In this document: one piece after another, positions 1 to 8,728 of the stretch | How the letters are laid out: every line of letters starts with the position of its first letter | How positions within the stretch are numbered: position 1 is the stretch's first letter | DNA from: Fastidiosibacter lacustris | Lineage (GTDB): Bacteria; Pseudomonadota; Gammaproteobacteria; Francisellales; Francisellaceae | DNA length: 32,000 nt | Direction of reading: 5' to 3' | Assembly (NCBI RefSeq): GCF_003428155.1 | Contig: NZ_QLIR01000006.1 | Location: forward strand, 30,001 to 62,000 | Translations under genes and position numbers: made by a program | Notes under the pieces: generated by a model | Told to the model about the DNA's origin: nothing | What the model saw: only the letters and a program-made list of their open reading frames with translations | The model's database searches: none

Positions 1-2
1 TG

Positions 3-818
3 TCATAATGCGTTACTCCTCATTGTTTCTAATTGGTTTATTGTTAAATTTATACCAAATTTGTTTTTAATTAAGCAAAAGATATCTTCTTCACTATCTA
101 TATCTTGTGTACTAATAAGGGTGTCTTTTACTTCAGTATATGTTTTATTACGAATGCTTATTCTGCCATTTTTTGTTGGTAAGCTTGCTACTCGATTTGT
201 TTTCAATAGACTCTTATTTGATGTCATTGTGTAATGGTATGCCATTTCAATATCTTCTGATGTTGCTAAGTGATCATAAAAACTGTAGATCACCTCCCAA
301 TCAGCGTCAGGTTTGATGTTTTCTTTTATAGATACAATCCATCCATAAATATTATTTTTTTGGATTTTAGTTGAATGAAATGAATACTCCGCGACTGTAC
401 CATGTTTTAGTAAGATCGGCATTCTTGGACCCTTGGCACCGAAGCCAATATCAAATAACCAGTTTTGACCTTCCAGTTCAACAATGAAAATTTGATGCGT
501 AGCAGGAGTTAAAACTGGCGTATGGACTCTTGCCAGATATTTCCTGTATTTAAAACCAATTTCATCAAATGCATTTGCCATAAGCATACAAGTTTCAAAG
601 CAAAGTCCGCCTTTCTTTTGCCTTATTATTCTGTCACTAATGAAGTCGTGATTTAAGCCAAATTTTTGATTAAATTGCATTTCAAAATTTTCGAATGGCA
701 CATTATAAATGTGTGCTTTATGCAGCATAAATAGCCCTTCTTTATTGGCTTCAATTGGCTGATTAATATTTATTCTTTCTAAATACTGCTTTATGTTAAA
801 AATCACAACCATCTCCAA
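3..818 (-). CDS. Arylamine N-acetyltransferase (NAT family)
   Basis: 271-aa ORF, complete (stop at 3-5). NAT catalytic triad in canonical contexts: Cys73 in GGLCFE, His108 in THQIFIV, Asp123 in LFDIGFG. The codon at 816-818 is TTG directly after the upstream stop. The first ATG is at 810-812, so the true start may be 812. Confidence 0.85.
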   Translation of the reverse strand: MEMVVIFNIKQYLERININQPIEANKEGLFMLHKAHIYNVPFENFEMQFNQKFGLNHDFISDRIIRQKKGGLCFETCMLMANAFDEIGFKYRKYLARVHTPVLTPATHQIFIVELEGQNWLFDIGFGAKGPRMPILLKHGTVAEYSFHSTKIQKNNIYGWIVSIKENIKPDADWEVIYSFYDHLATSEDIEMAYHYTMTSNKSLLKTNRVASLPTKNGRISIRNKTYTEVKDTLISTQDIDSEEDIFCLIKNKFGINLTINQLETMRSNAL

Positions 819-1904
819 CTAATGTATTATTTCCAGATCATTCTTATGAAAATAGGACGCGATATCGCAGCCCAATCCCTCAGCAAGCTTGACAGGTCCA
901 CTATAGTCAATAGTGTCAATCTGCTTTGTTTCTAGTTCGCTAATTTCACTAAGCATTTCCCTGTGGTTTGGAAAATTAATTTCATTCAGGACGAATCCCC
1001 ACAATCGCAACTCTTTGGAGGCAAACCATCTGATCGCACAAGGTAGCATGCTTAAGTAATATTCTTGTTGCTCTTTACTCAAGTTTGGGAATATTTTTTT
1101 CATGATTCCCGTGAATAAATTCGCGTGAGCAAGCTCATCTTTGCGGTGTGCGTCTATGGTCATTCTGCAGAAACTATTTATGCTCATATCTTTTGATAAG
1201 ACATCAAGGTACGAACTTATTAATGTTTCTGAAACACTTGCAGTTGCCAATCTGAGAAGCATGTTTTTTTGTTGATCATTTTGTTCGTTTATAACTTTTT
1301 TCTGTGAAAAAATTAAATCGTATTCTGGCAGAACAATTTTTCCCAAATTTCTTTCAACAGAGACTATGTTGCAGGCATTAACCGCCATGAGTGTGTGATA
1401 AGTCTCATCAACATAGGTTTCAGAAGCAATCTTCTTTGACAGGTAGTCTGTTGCCCCAGGGATTTTTTCTAGTATTATTGCTTCTAATACCGGATTGATG
1501 ATTTCTACTTCTATATGTATTGTTTTTTGATTATAAATAATCCATGCCCATGATAGGACATGTGACTTAAATTCCTTAGATGCGCTCTGCCAATGTGGGT
1601 GGTGATAGAAAGGTAGCAGTGTTTCATTGTAATCCTCTTTTCCATTATCGAAACATGCTTGGTAAGCATCATTGCTCTTGTCATTTTTAACTACAGCTCG
1701 TTTTTCCCAATGCTTTGAAAGCATATATAACGTCTTTTCAATGATATTTGCTGTTGGTGAATTACGATTATTCTGAGAACTCCCCATTTCTTCTATATCC
1801 CTTTTGTTTTCTGGGTTTAAGAGGAGTGCTTCATCACCCTCTATCCCAGTATTTGCCATGCTTGTGAGTATTCTTGGAGAGTTTTCAGAACTATTGTTCG
1901 ACAT
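819..1904 (-). CDS. AurF/CmlI-like non-heme diiron arylamine N-oxygenase
   Basis: 361-aa ORF. All seven AurF-type diiron ligands are present with AurF-like spacing: E132, E167-x2-H170 (DETYH), E226 (VSETL), H253-x3-E257-x2-H260 (HRKDELAH). GAGG lies 5 nt upstream of the ATG at 1902-1904. The stop codon abuts the NAT start. The first ~55 residues are a hydrophilic low-complexity extension. Confidence 0.75.
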   Translation of the reverse strand: MSNNSSENSPRILTSMANTGIEGDEALLLNPENKRDIEEMGSSQNNRNSPTANIIEKTLYMLSKHWEKRAVVKNDKSNDAYQACFDNGKEDYNETLLPFYHHPHWQSASKEFKSHVLSWAWIIYNQKTIHIEVEIINPVLEAIILEKIPGATDYLSKKIASETYVDETYHTLMAVNACNIVSVERNLGKIVLPEYDLIFSQKKVINEQNDQQKNMLLRLATASVSETLISSYLDVLSKDMSINSFCRMTIDAHRKDELAHANLFTGIMKKIFPNLSKEQQEYYLSMLPCAIRWFASKELRLWGFVLNEINFPNHREMLSEISELETKQIDTIDYSGPVKLAEGLGCDIASYFHKNDLEIIH

Positions 1905-1962
1905 ATGTTTACCTCATGGAATTGTTATTACAGCCTGCTATTTTTACTCTTCAATGAAGCAT

Positions 1963-2181
1963 CTAAATCCCTTGTGCAATTATATATGGTTTTATAATAT
2001 CTCCTGAATACAACATTTTTAACCATATATGGTATCTATCTTTCATTAAAAAGTTAATGACATTTGGTAATTTATGTGGGGTAAGCGTTTTTATTTGCGC
2101 ACATGAATAAGTTACCAATATGACAATAATCGTCGTTGTCATATGCTTCATGCGGACTCTGAACATCTCTTTATTGGGCAT
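1963..2181 (-). CDS. Hypothetical small protein, possible signal peptide
   Basis: 72-aa ORF on the same strand, 58 bp upstream of the N-oxygenase. From the internal Met, MKHMTTTIIVILVTYSCAQ looks like a signal peptide. No family recognised, RBS weak, coding status uncertain. Confidence 0.25.
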   Translation of the reverse strand: MPNKEMFRVRMKHMTTTIIVILVTYSCAQIKTLTPHKLPNVINFLMKDRYHIWLKMLYSGDIIKPYIIAQGI

Positions 2182-2350
2182 TGCGAATCATTCCATGTTT
2201 CCATTTTCGGAATAATACAACACATTATATGGTATGTAAATGCTTAAATATGCATTTTTTATGATTTTTCTTTGATTTATAGTCATTCCGGTATATAACC
2301 GATCCTATATATCTCATGGTAACCTTTTTGGAGTATAAGTTGGATAATGT

Positions 2351-2388
2351 CGATATTTATTGGAATGACGATATTTATAATATATCGG
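2351..2388. promoter_or_regulatory. Direct/inverted repeat cluster, candidate operator in the divergent control region
   Basis: Exact 10-bp direct repeat CGATATTTAT at 2351-2360 and 2369-2378 (18-bp period), followed by an inverted partial copy TATATCG at 2381-2387. It lies ~90-125 bp upstream of the repressor ATG. The repeats are seen directly; the operator role is inference. Confidence 0.25.
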
Positions 2389-2474
2389 ATATTGGTCGAA
2401 ATAGTATTTGTTTCAAATATTCTGCTATATCTAGTAAAATAGATAACCTGATGGAACTGAAGTTCTGAAAGATA

Positions 2475-3206
2475 ATGGCTACAATTAATAATGTTCTGAA
2501 GCAATTGATGAGTGAAAATAATATGGATGTCACAAAGCTGGCGAGAAATACTGGGTTGCCTGTTACAACAGTGCACAGGTTGTGTACTTCTGACAACCCG
2601 AATCCAACGCTCTCAACTCTGATTCCAATAGCTGAGTTTTTTAACGTTTCCATAGATGAACTATCTGGGAAAACACCTTTATCAAGAGACCGAATAGTGG
2701 GGTTAACATATCAAGAAAATGTGGTTCACAGAAAAGTTCCTCTATATACATGGAGCGATTTTCTTGGCATGCTCCATAAATCTGAAATAGAGGCGACTCC
2801 AGTAAAATATATCGCAGTTGAAGGCGACTTATCATCAGAGTTATTTGCTATAATTATCCCAGATAAGTCATATGGAATACTATATAGGGTTGGATCAATC
2901 ATTATTGTTAATCCATGCTCAGCTATTGAAGACTCTGATTATGTTGTCACTGGACTAAAAGACTTTTCATATGTGGGAATTAAGCAGGTTGAGATTATTG
3001 AAGGTAGTATTTACCTAAGGTCAATCACTTCGAACAATAACACATCCGAGCCATATGTTAGTGATAAATATCAGATTCTAGGTGTTATTTGTGAAACGCG
3101 TTTTCAAAAAGAAAATGCCAAAGAGCTAATGAAATTGAGCGAGAAAGTTACTAAAAAACTACCAACTTTCAACATTTTCAAACAACTTGGACTAAGAAAA
3201 TCATGA
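2475..3206 (+). CDS. CI/LexA-like transcriptional repressor (XRE-type HTH plus S24 peptidase-like domain)
   Basis: 243 aa. N-terminal XRE-type HTH (VTKLARNTGLPVTTVHRL). The C-terminal region follows the S24 template, with Ser retained in IIPDKSYG (the GDSM position) and Lys in VGIKQV. There is a 4-bp ATGA overlap with the downstream deaminase gene. Confidence 0.72.
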   Translation: MATINNVLKQLMSENNMDVTKLARNTGLPVTTVHRLCTSDNPNPTLSTLIPIAEFFNVSIDELSGKTPLSRDRIVGLTYQENVVHRKVPLYTWSDFLGMLHKSEIEATPVKYIAVEGDLSSELFAIIIPDKSYGILYRVGSIIIVNPCSAIEDSDYVVTGLKDFSYVGIKQVEIIEGSIYLRSITSNNNTSEPYVSDKYQILGVICETRFQKENAKELMKLSEKVTKKLPTFNIFKQLGLRKS

Positions 3207-3724
3207 ATAATAAAAAGCTAATTATGAATAAACTCATAGCTTATACCAAGCTGCACAGCGAACAAGTCCCTTATGGAGCATGTATTGTTGATGAGGATGG
3301 GGAAATTATAGCCTATGGACTTGGACAACCAAAATCCTCTCCAACATTCCATGCTGAGATTATGGCTATTAATAATTGTGCATCGCAGTATCCAAATATT
3401 GATTGGTCAAAACTAACTATATATACAACTGGCGAACCATGTATAATGTGTTCTTCAGCAATATGTTGGTCAGGTATCAGAGAAATTGTTTATGGGACAC
3501 CAGTTTCATTTATGACAAAATTGTGGGGGATTGAAGCCAGCACAACATGCCCCGATATTATAAAACTTGTACCAAATCCACCACAATTATCTGAACCTAT
3601 ATGCGAAGATCAATGTAACGAGATGTTCACTGAATACGATTCAAAATATAGAAAAGTACTTGATGACAGACTAAAGGAAGGTAGAGGTCAGTCTAAAATC
3701 ATACGAGAGGAAGAGAGAGTATAA
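3203..3724 (+). CDS. CMP/dCMP-type zinc deaminase (TadA/GuaD/Fcy1-like nucleobase or nucleoside deaminase)
   Basis: 173 aa. Zinc-deaminase signature HAE (FHAEIMAI) and PCxxC (GEPCIMCSSAICW), followed by REIVYG as in COG0590-type enzymes. The substrate cannot be assigned from sequence. Confidence 0.85.
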   Translation: MNNKKLIMNKLIAYTKLHSEQVPYGACIVDEDGEIIAYGLGQPKSSPTFHAEIMAINNCASQYPNIDWSKLTIYTTGEPCIMCSSAICWSGIREIVYGTPVSFMTKLWGIEASTTCPDIIKLVPNPPQLSEPICEDQCNEMFTEYDSKYRKVLDDRLKEGRGQSKIIREEERV

Positions 3725-3727
3725 TAA

Positions 3728-4756
3728 ATGTTGAAATTCCCATACAATGGTATAATTACCAATAATTCTTGCAAAAACGAGAAAAGTTCCCCCGATGATA
3801 TACTCGAACTTATGACGATTAAAAAAGCAATGTTTGGTAAACATAAAGGTGAGTTCGTTGCCATAGGTAAATTAACTCAAAATCCAAGATTAACAATAAC
3901 AAAGTCATGTAAAGAATTGGTTGACCATGACAAAGAAATCCTAATGAACTACAGGAAAGAAGATATTGCCCAAATAGCGACAACTGCGGCTAAGAATAAT
4001 GACGCGAGTGTTCATTTATCATTAGCAAGACCAATGAAGTTGTTTTCTATTCTCACAGCTATTTTTGCGTCACTAGTACTGATAAGCAACATATTATCAA
4101 GTAAACTCATATCGTTTTACGGTTGCACGTTCACTGGCGGGTATTTGTTGTATTTTTTTACCTACGCCACAAGTGCCCTCATAACAGAAGTATATGGATA
4201 CGAATACTCTAGACAGGCTATATGGGCTGCTATAATTATCAATATTGTTTTTGTTGCTGCTAGTTACCCAACGATAGTTGCCGATCCAGCCACATTTTGG
4301 CACTACAGTGAGATGAGTGCCGATCAATCTAATTAAGCTTTCTCTTCGGTGTTATCCTCAACCCCTAGAATAATAATATCCTCACTTATTGCTTTTGCTT
4401 TGGGTGAATTTGTTAATTCATATATTATTTCAAAAATAAAGATATTTGATAATGGTGACAAGATCCACAAAAGAATACTCGTTTCTTATTTAACTTCTGT
4501 TCTTATAGGCAGTTTCGCATTTGCATATTTAGCTTTTTATGGTATCTCATCGTCGTTTGAAGTATTGTCTCTATCAATGAAAATATATATTGGAACTATT
4601 ATTGCAGAATTTCTAATGTTACCCGTCATCATAAAGTTATGTGTATTTGTGAAAAAATATGAGCGAATAGACATGTATGATTACAATGCCATATATACTC
4701 CTTTCAGGTTATCTATATCATACAAAAAATATAACAACAAATATAATCAAGCATAA
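3728..4756 (+). pseudogene. YhhQ/DUF165 (VUT family) queuosine-precursor-type transporter, interrupted by one in-frame TAA, with an unusual ~100-aa N-terminal extension
   Basis: One reading frame runs from 3728 to 4756. The ORF track splits it (202 aa plus 135 aa) at a single TAA at 4334-4336. The joined sequence carries family-typical segments SNILSSKL, LITEVYGYEYSRQAIW and PRIIISSLIAFALGEF. ATG 3728 sits 3 nt after the deaminase stop. Residues 1-102 are hydrophilic and not typical of the family, whose usual start would correspond to ATG 4034. Confidence 0.75.
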
Positions 4757-4928
4757 TAAAACAAATATGGATAACTCTATTAACTTTAACAAAAATTTAT
4801 CTAAGAACTGGCACAGGAGGACCCAAGTTATAAGACATTCTGGAAGAGAAACATATGATCCTTGATGAAGGAAAGTACAGTGAGGTATGGCAAAAAAAAT
4901 TAGTTAAATTGGTGTGTTCTATTTAAAT

Positions 4929-4948
4929 CAACTAGGTGTTCCTAGTTG
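4929..4948 (+). terminator. Stem-loop downstream of the transporter gene (possible terminator)
   Basis: Perfect 8-bp inverted repeat CAACTAGG-tgtt-CCTAGTTG about 170 nt after the transporter stop. No T-tract follows, so a terminator role is uncertain. Confidence 0.2.
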
Positions 4949-5079
4949 CAAGGAAATGATTAATGATTGTCGAGGCATTATTTATGGCAATATAGATTAC
5001 TCAAACATAGAAAACTTATGCCTTAGTTTAAACCCAAATTATGATTTAAAAGAAGAGTTACTTGTTTAGGAATACTATT

Positions 5080-5781
5080 ATGAAAAAAGCAAATGTTATC
5101 CAGCATATCTTATTCGAAGGGATAGGTAATATTGAAATCGCATTACTGCAACGTGGTTTCACTATATTTAATTATTACGCGCCAACAGATGATTTATCTA
5201 ATGTTTCAGACTGTGATCTATTAATCATTCTAGGTGCTCCAGTATCAGTTAATGATGACAAAATATATCCTTACCTCATGGAAGAAAAGCAGATACTCAA
5301 ACAAAGAGTGCTTAACGATTTACCAACAATAGGGATTTGTCTTGGCGCCCAACTACTAGCTGAAGTTACTGGGTCAAAAATTTACTCTGGCGATGTAAAG
5401 GAAATAGGATGGCATGAGATATATTCCAATGAGAATACTATTCTCTCACATTTTAACAATGAAATGGCGTTTCATTGGCACGGAGATACTTTCGATGCTA
5501 ATGATAAAATGGAAGTCATTGCTAAGTCTAAATTATATATTCAGGCTTTTATTATAGGGAAAAATATATTAGGGTTACAATTTCACCCAGAGTACCAAGG
5601 TGGTAATGAGATAGAGAAATGGCTAATAGGTCATGCCTGTGAGTTAAACACAAACAAAATAGATGTATTTAAAATGCGGACTGATAATATGTTGTATTCC
5701 GATTGGTATCAGAGTCTATCAAGTAAACTTTGGGCACAGTATTTAGATAACATCAACCTGGGACTAAGGACCGTGCACTGA
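5080..5781 (+). CDS. Class I glutamine amidotransferase (stand-alone, GMP-synthase-like GATase domain)
   Basis: The ORF opens at TTG 5062; the first ATG is at 5080 (MKKANVIQH). Nucleophile elbow GICLGAQLLA and His-Glu motif LQFHPE are present. Confidence 0.8.
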   Translation: MKKANVIQHILFEGIGNIEIALLQRGFTIFNYYAPTDDLSNVSDCDLLIILGAPVSVNDDKIYPYLMEEKQILKQRVLNDLPTIGICLGAQLLAEVTGSKIYSGDVKEIGWHEIYSNENTILSHFNNEMAFHWHGDTFDANDKMEVIAKSKLYIQAFIIGKNILGLQFHPEYQGGNEIEKWLIGHACELNTNKIDVFKMRTDNMLYSDWYQSLSSKLWAQYLDNINLGLRTVH

Positions 5782-5908
5782 GAAATAAAGTTAATCACCA
5801 AAAAAACGGGTTGAACCCATATAGGAAACACGGCTGTCCCATCTAAAAATGTATTAGCCAAGATAATATGTTACAATCATTTCACGCTATCGTTTTGTGA
5901 ATCCATCA

Positions 5909-8728
5909 ATGGACAGAATTATTATTAAAGGTGCAAAAACGCATAACCTTAAAAATATAGATTTAGAAATTCCACGTGATAAATTAACAGTGATTACAGG
6001 TCTAAGCGGCTCGGGAAAGTCTTCTTTGGCGTTTGATACTTTATATGCTGAGGGGCAGCGCCGTTATGTTGAGTCTCTTTCAAGTTATGCCAGACAATTT
6101 CTATCTTTAATGGATAAGCCTGAAATTGAGCATATAGAAGGTTTATCACCTGCAATTTCAATAGAGCAGAAAACAACTTCACATAATCCGCGTTCAACTG
6201 TTGGAACGGTAACGGAAATTTATGATTATTTAAGAGTTTTGTTTGCACGTATTGGTGAGCCAAGATGTCCCAATCATAAGGTTGAACTAAAGGCACAAAC
6301 GATTAGCCAGATGGTGGATCATACTTTAGCATTAGATGATGAAACTAAGCTTATGATTGTTTCACCTGTTATTGTGGATAAAAAGGGAGAACACATTCAA
6401 TTAATGGAAAAGCTTTATGCTGAAGGTTATTTGCGTGCCAGAATCAATGGTGAAGTCTATGAACTAAGTGATCCACCTCAACTTGATCGTTATAAAAAGC
6501 ATACGATTGAAGTTGTGATCGATCGATTTAAACCACAAGCTAAACATCAGCAGCGCTTAGCAGAGTCATTTGAAACGGCTTTAGATTTATCTGGGGGCAT
6601 TGCTAAGCTTGTTTTTTTAGAGGGTAAGCAACAAGATGTCATTTTTTCTTCTAAACATGCATGTCCATATTGTAATTATTCCTTAAAAGAGTTGGCTCCT
6701 CGCATTTTTTCATTTAATAGCCCTATAGGTGCCTGCCCAGACTGTGATGGTTTGGGGACAAAGGCCTATTTTGATGTCGAGAAAATTATTGTTGACGATT
6801 CTCTTAGTTTGAGCAATGGTGCAATTTACGGTTGGGATAAGCGGAATGGTTACTATTTCGCTCAATTAAAGTCTCTAGCTGAGCATTTTGGGTTTTCGAT
6901 GGATACTCCTTATCAGCAGTTTACAGCAGAACAAAAAGCACTGATATTGCATGGCTCGGGTAAAACGAGTATCGATATTTATTTTAAAAGTACAGGTGGG
7001 CGAGAATACCATGCACAAAAACCATTTGAAGGTGTTTTAGCCCACTTTGAACGTCGTTATAAAGAAACCGATTCAAGTATGATCCGTGAAGAGTTAAGTA
7101 AACTTATGAGTAATTTAGCTTGTCCTTCCTGTCATGAAACACGCCTTAATGAAGGTGCCAGAAATGTATTTATCAACAATAAAAACATAGCGGATTTAAC
7201 CGCACTTTCAATAAAAGATGGAGTAAGATGGTTAAATAACCTTGAGTTGTCTGGACAAAAGCAACTCATTGCAGAGCGTCTATTAAAAGAGATATTGGCA
7301 CGCTTAGGTTTTTTAGCTAATGTCGGTTTGGATTATTTAAGTTTATCTCGTCAAGCGGACACTTTATCGGGAGGGGAGGCACAGCGTATTCGATTGGCAA
7401 GTCAGATTGGTGCAGGTTTAGTTGGAGTGATGTATATTCTTGATGAGCCTTCAATTGGGCTACATCAGCGTGATAACCAAAAGCTTTTGGATACGCTCCA
7501 TCACCTGCGTGATTTAGGCAATACCGTAATTGTTGTGGAGCATGATGAGGATGCAATTAAGCAAGCTGATCATATTATTGATATAGGACCTGGTGCAGGC
7601 ATTCATGGTGGTCAGATCGTTGCTGAAGGTAGACTTACTGATATTGTGAATAATAAAGCCTCTTTAACGGGAGATTATTTATCTGGGCGTAAAAAAATTA
7701 TGTCCAATAGTCAGCCACTTAAGCCTAAAAAAAATCATTACATTGAAATCATAGGTGCCAGAGGAAACAATTTGCAAAACGTGCATTTAAAGATTCCTAT
7801 TGGGCTGTTAACGTGTGTAACTGGAGTGTCAGGCTCGGGGAAGTCAACTTTGATTAACCGCACACTTTATCCATTAGCTGCAAAGTTGTTAAATCGTAAT
7901 AACACAATTACCCCTCAGAGCTATGATAGTCACAAAGGCTTTAATCAGTTGGATAAGGTGATTGATATTGACCAAAGTCCAATTGGTCGCACCCCACGTT
8001 CAAATCCTGCAACTTACACTGGTGTATTTACTCCAATACGTGAGCTCTTTACTGCGACTACTGAATCACGCTCACGTGGTTATCAGGTGGGACGCTTTAG
8101 CTTTAATGTTAGAGGTGGACGCTGTGAAGCTTGTCAGGGTGACGGTGTAATTAAGGTTGAAATGCACTTTTTACCTGATGTTTATGTGCCGTGTGATGTA
8201 TGTCAAGGAAAACGTTATAATCGTGAAACATTAGAGATTCAATATAAGGGCAAAAATATTAGTGAAGTGCTGAATATGAGTATTGAAGAGGCATTGGAGT
8301 TTTTTAGTGCCGTGCCACAGATTAAACGTAGATTGCAAACACTGATGGATGTTGGTTTGTCCTATGTTACGCTTGGTCAAAATGCAACAACACTTTCAGG
8401 TGGTGAAGCACAGCGAGTGAAACTTGCAAAAGAGTTATCAAAAACAGCAACAGGACAAACCTTATATATATTAGATGAACCCACAACAGGGCTACATTTT
8501 CATGATATTCAGCAACTCTTAACAGTGATCATGCGTTTAAAAGAGCAAGGTAATACGATTGTGATTATTGAACATAATTTGGATGTTATTAAAGTAGCAG
8601 ATTGGATTATTGATTTAGGGCCAGAAGGGGGTGACGGTGGAGGTCAAATTATTGCCGAAGGTCCACCAAAAGAAGTTACTAAAATAGAAAACTCATATAC
8701 GGGTAAGTTTTTAAAAAATCGCATTTAG
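5909..8728 (+). CDS. uvrA: Excinuclease ABC subunit A
   Basis: Two ABC modules (GLSGSGKSS and GVSGSGKST Walker A; LSGGEAQR twice). Zinc modules CPYC..CPDC and CEAC..CDVC. The ORF opens at GTG 5897, but [17 protein letters not shown] matches the usual UvrA N-terminus, so ATG 5909 is used. Confidence 0.97.
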   Translation: MDRIIIKGAKTHNLKNIDLEIPRDKLTVITGLSGSGKSSLAFDTLYAEGQRRYVESLSSYARQFLSLMDKPEIEHIEGLSPAISIEQKTTSHNPRSTVGTVTEIYDYLRVLFARIGEPRCPNHKVELKAQTISQMVDHTLALDDETKLMIVSPVIVDKKGEHIQLMEKLYAEGYLRARINGEVYELSDPPQLDRYKKHTIEVVIDRFKPQAKHQQRLAESFETALDLSGGIAKLVFLEGKQQDVIFSSKHACPYCNYSLKELAPRIFSFNSPIGACPDCDGLGTKAYFDVEKIIVDDSLSLSNGAIYGWDKRNGYYFAQLKSLAEHFGFSMDTPYQQFTAEQKALILHGSGKTSIDIYFKSTGGREYHAQKPFEGVLAHFERRYKETDSSMIREELSKLMSNLACPSCHETRLNEGARNVFINNKNIADLTALSIKDGVRWLNNLELSGQKQLIAERLLKEILARLGFLANVGLDYLSLSRQADTLSGGEAQRIRLASQIGAGLVGVMYILDEPSIGLHQRDNQKLLDTLHHLRDLGNTVIVVEHDEDAIKQADHIIDIGPGAGIHGGQIVAEGRLTDIVNNKASLTGDYLSGRKKIMSNSQPLKPKKNHYIEIIGARGNNLQNVHLKIPIGLLTCVTGVSGSGKSTLINRTLYPLAAKLLNRNNTITPQSYDSHKGFNQLDKVIDIDQSPIGRTPRSNPATYTGVFTPIRELFTATTESRSRGYQVGRFSFNVRGGRCEACQGDGVIKVEMHFLPDVYVPCDVCQGKRYNRETLEIQYKGKNISEVLNMSIEEALEFFSAVPQIKRRLQTLMDVGLSYVTLGQNATTLSGGEAQRVKLAKELSKTATGQTLYILDEPTTGLHFHDIQQLLTVIMRLKEQGNTIVIIEHNLDVIKVADWIIDLGPEGGDGGGQIIAEGPPKEVTKIENSYTGKFLKNRI

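Noticed and set aside
2243-2275. Short hairpin AAATGC-ttaaatat-GCATTT followed by a T-run, resembling a plus-strand intrinsic terminator or small RNA 3' end.
   Set aside because: The stem is only 6 bp and AT-rich, and no plus-strand gene or promoter lies upstream. It is probably fortuitous.
2283-2835. Minus-strand ORFs 2283-2576, 2375-2653 and 2641-2835 overlapping the repressor gene and its upstream region; also 1804-2007 (+), 4097-4327 (-), 4677-4865 (+), 13618-13800 (+), 18731-18967 (-) and 19699-19896 (-).
   Set aside because: These are low-complexity translations overlapping better-supported genes or control regions, with no motifs. They are most likely chance ORFs in AT-rich DNA.
4955-5067. 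37-codon ORF (MINDCRGIIYGNIDYSN...) in the gap between the transporter and the amidotransferase.
   Set aside because: The purine-rich AAGGAA is only 2 nt from the ATG (poor spacing), there are no recognisable features, and the ORF runs into the amidotransferase start region.
5782-5908. Looked for a LexA/SOS box (CTGT-N8-ACAG) upstream of uvrA, given the LexA/CI-like repressor 2.7 kb away.
   Set aside because: No such palindrome is present. CTGT occurs at ~5833, but no matching ACAG follows at the right spacing. There is therefore no sequence evidence that uvrA is under a classical SOS operator.
5994-6296. Antisense or out-of-frame ORFs inside well-supported genes: 5994-6296, 7317-7556 and 7962-8150 in uvrA; 22362-22694 and 21876-22067 at ftsZ; 25762-26046 in polA; 27267-27488 and 27517-27720 in htpG. 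Also 14265-14465 in hisS; 12142-12384 and 12431-12613 in the CDF gene; 9354-9602, 10054-10272, 10513-10707, 10895-11080 and 11226-11423 in the two-component operon; 15536-15751 and 15869-16069 at the Sel1 gene.
   Set aside because: Each is fully embedded in a longer ORF with clear family motifs. They have no recognisable motifs or RBS themselves and are typical shadow ORFs.
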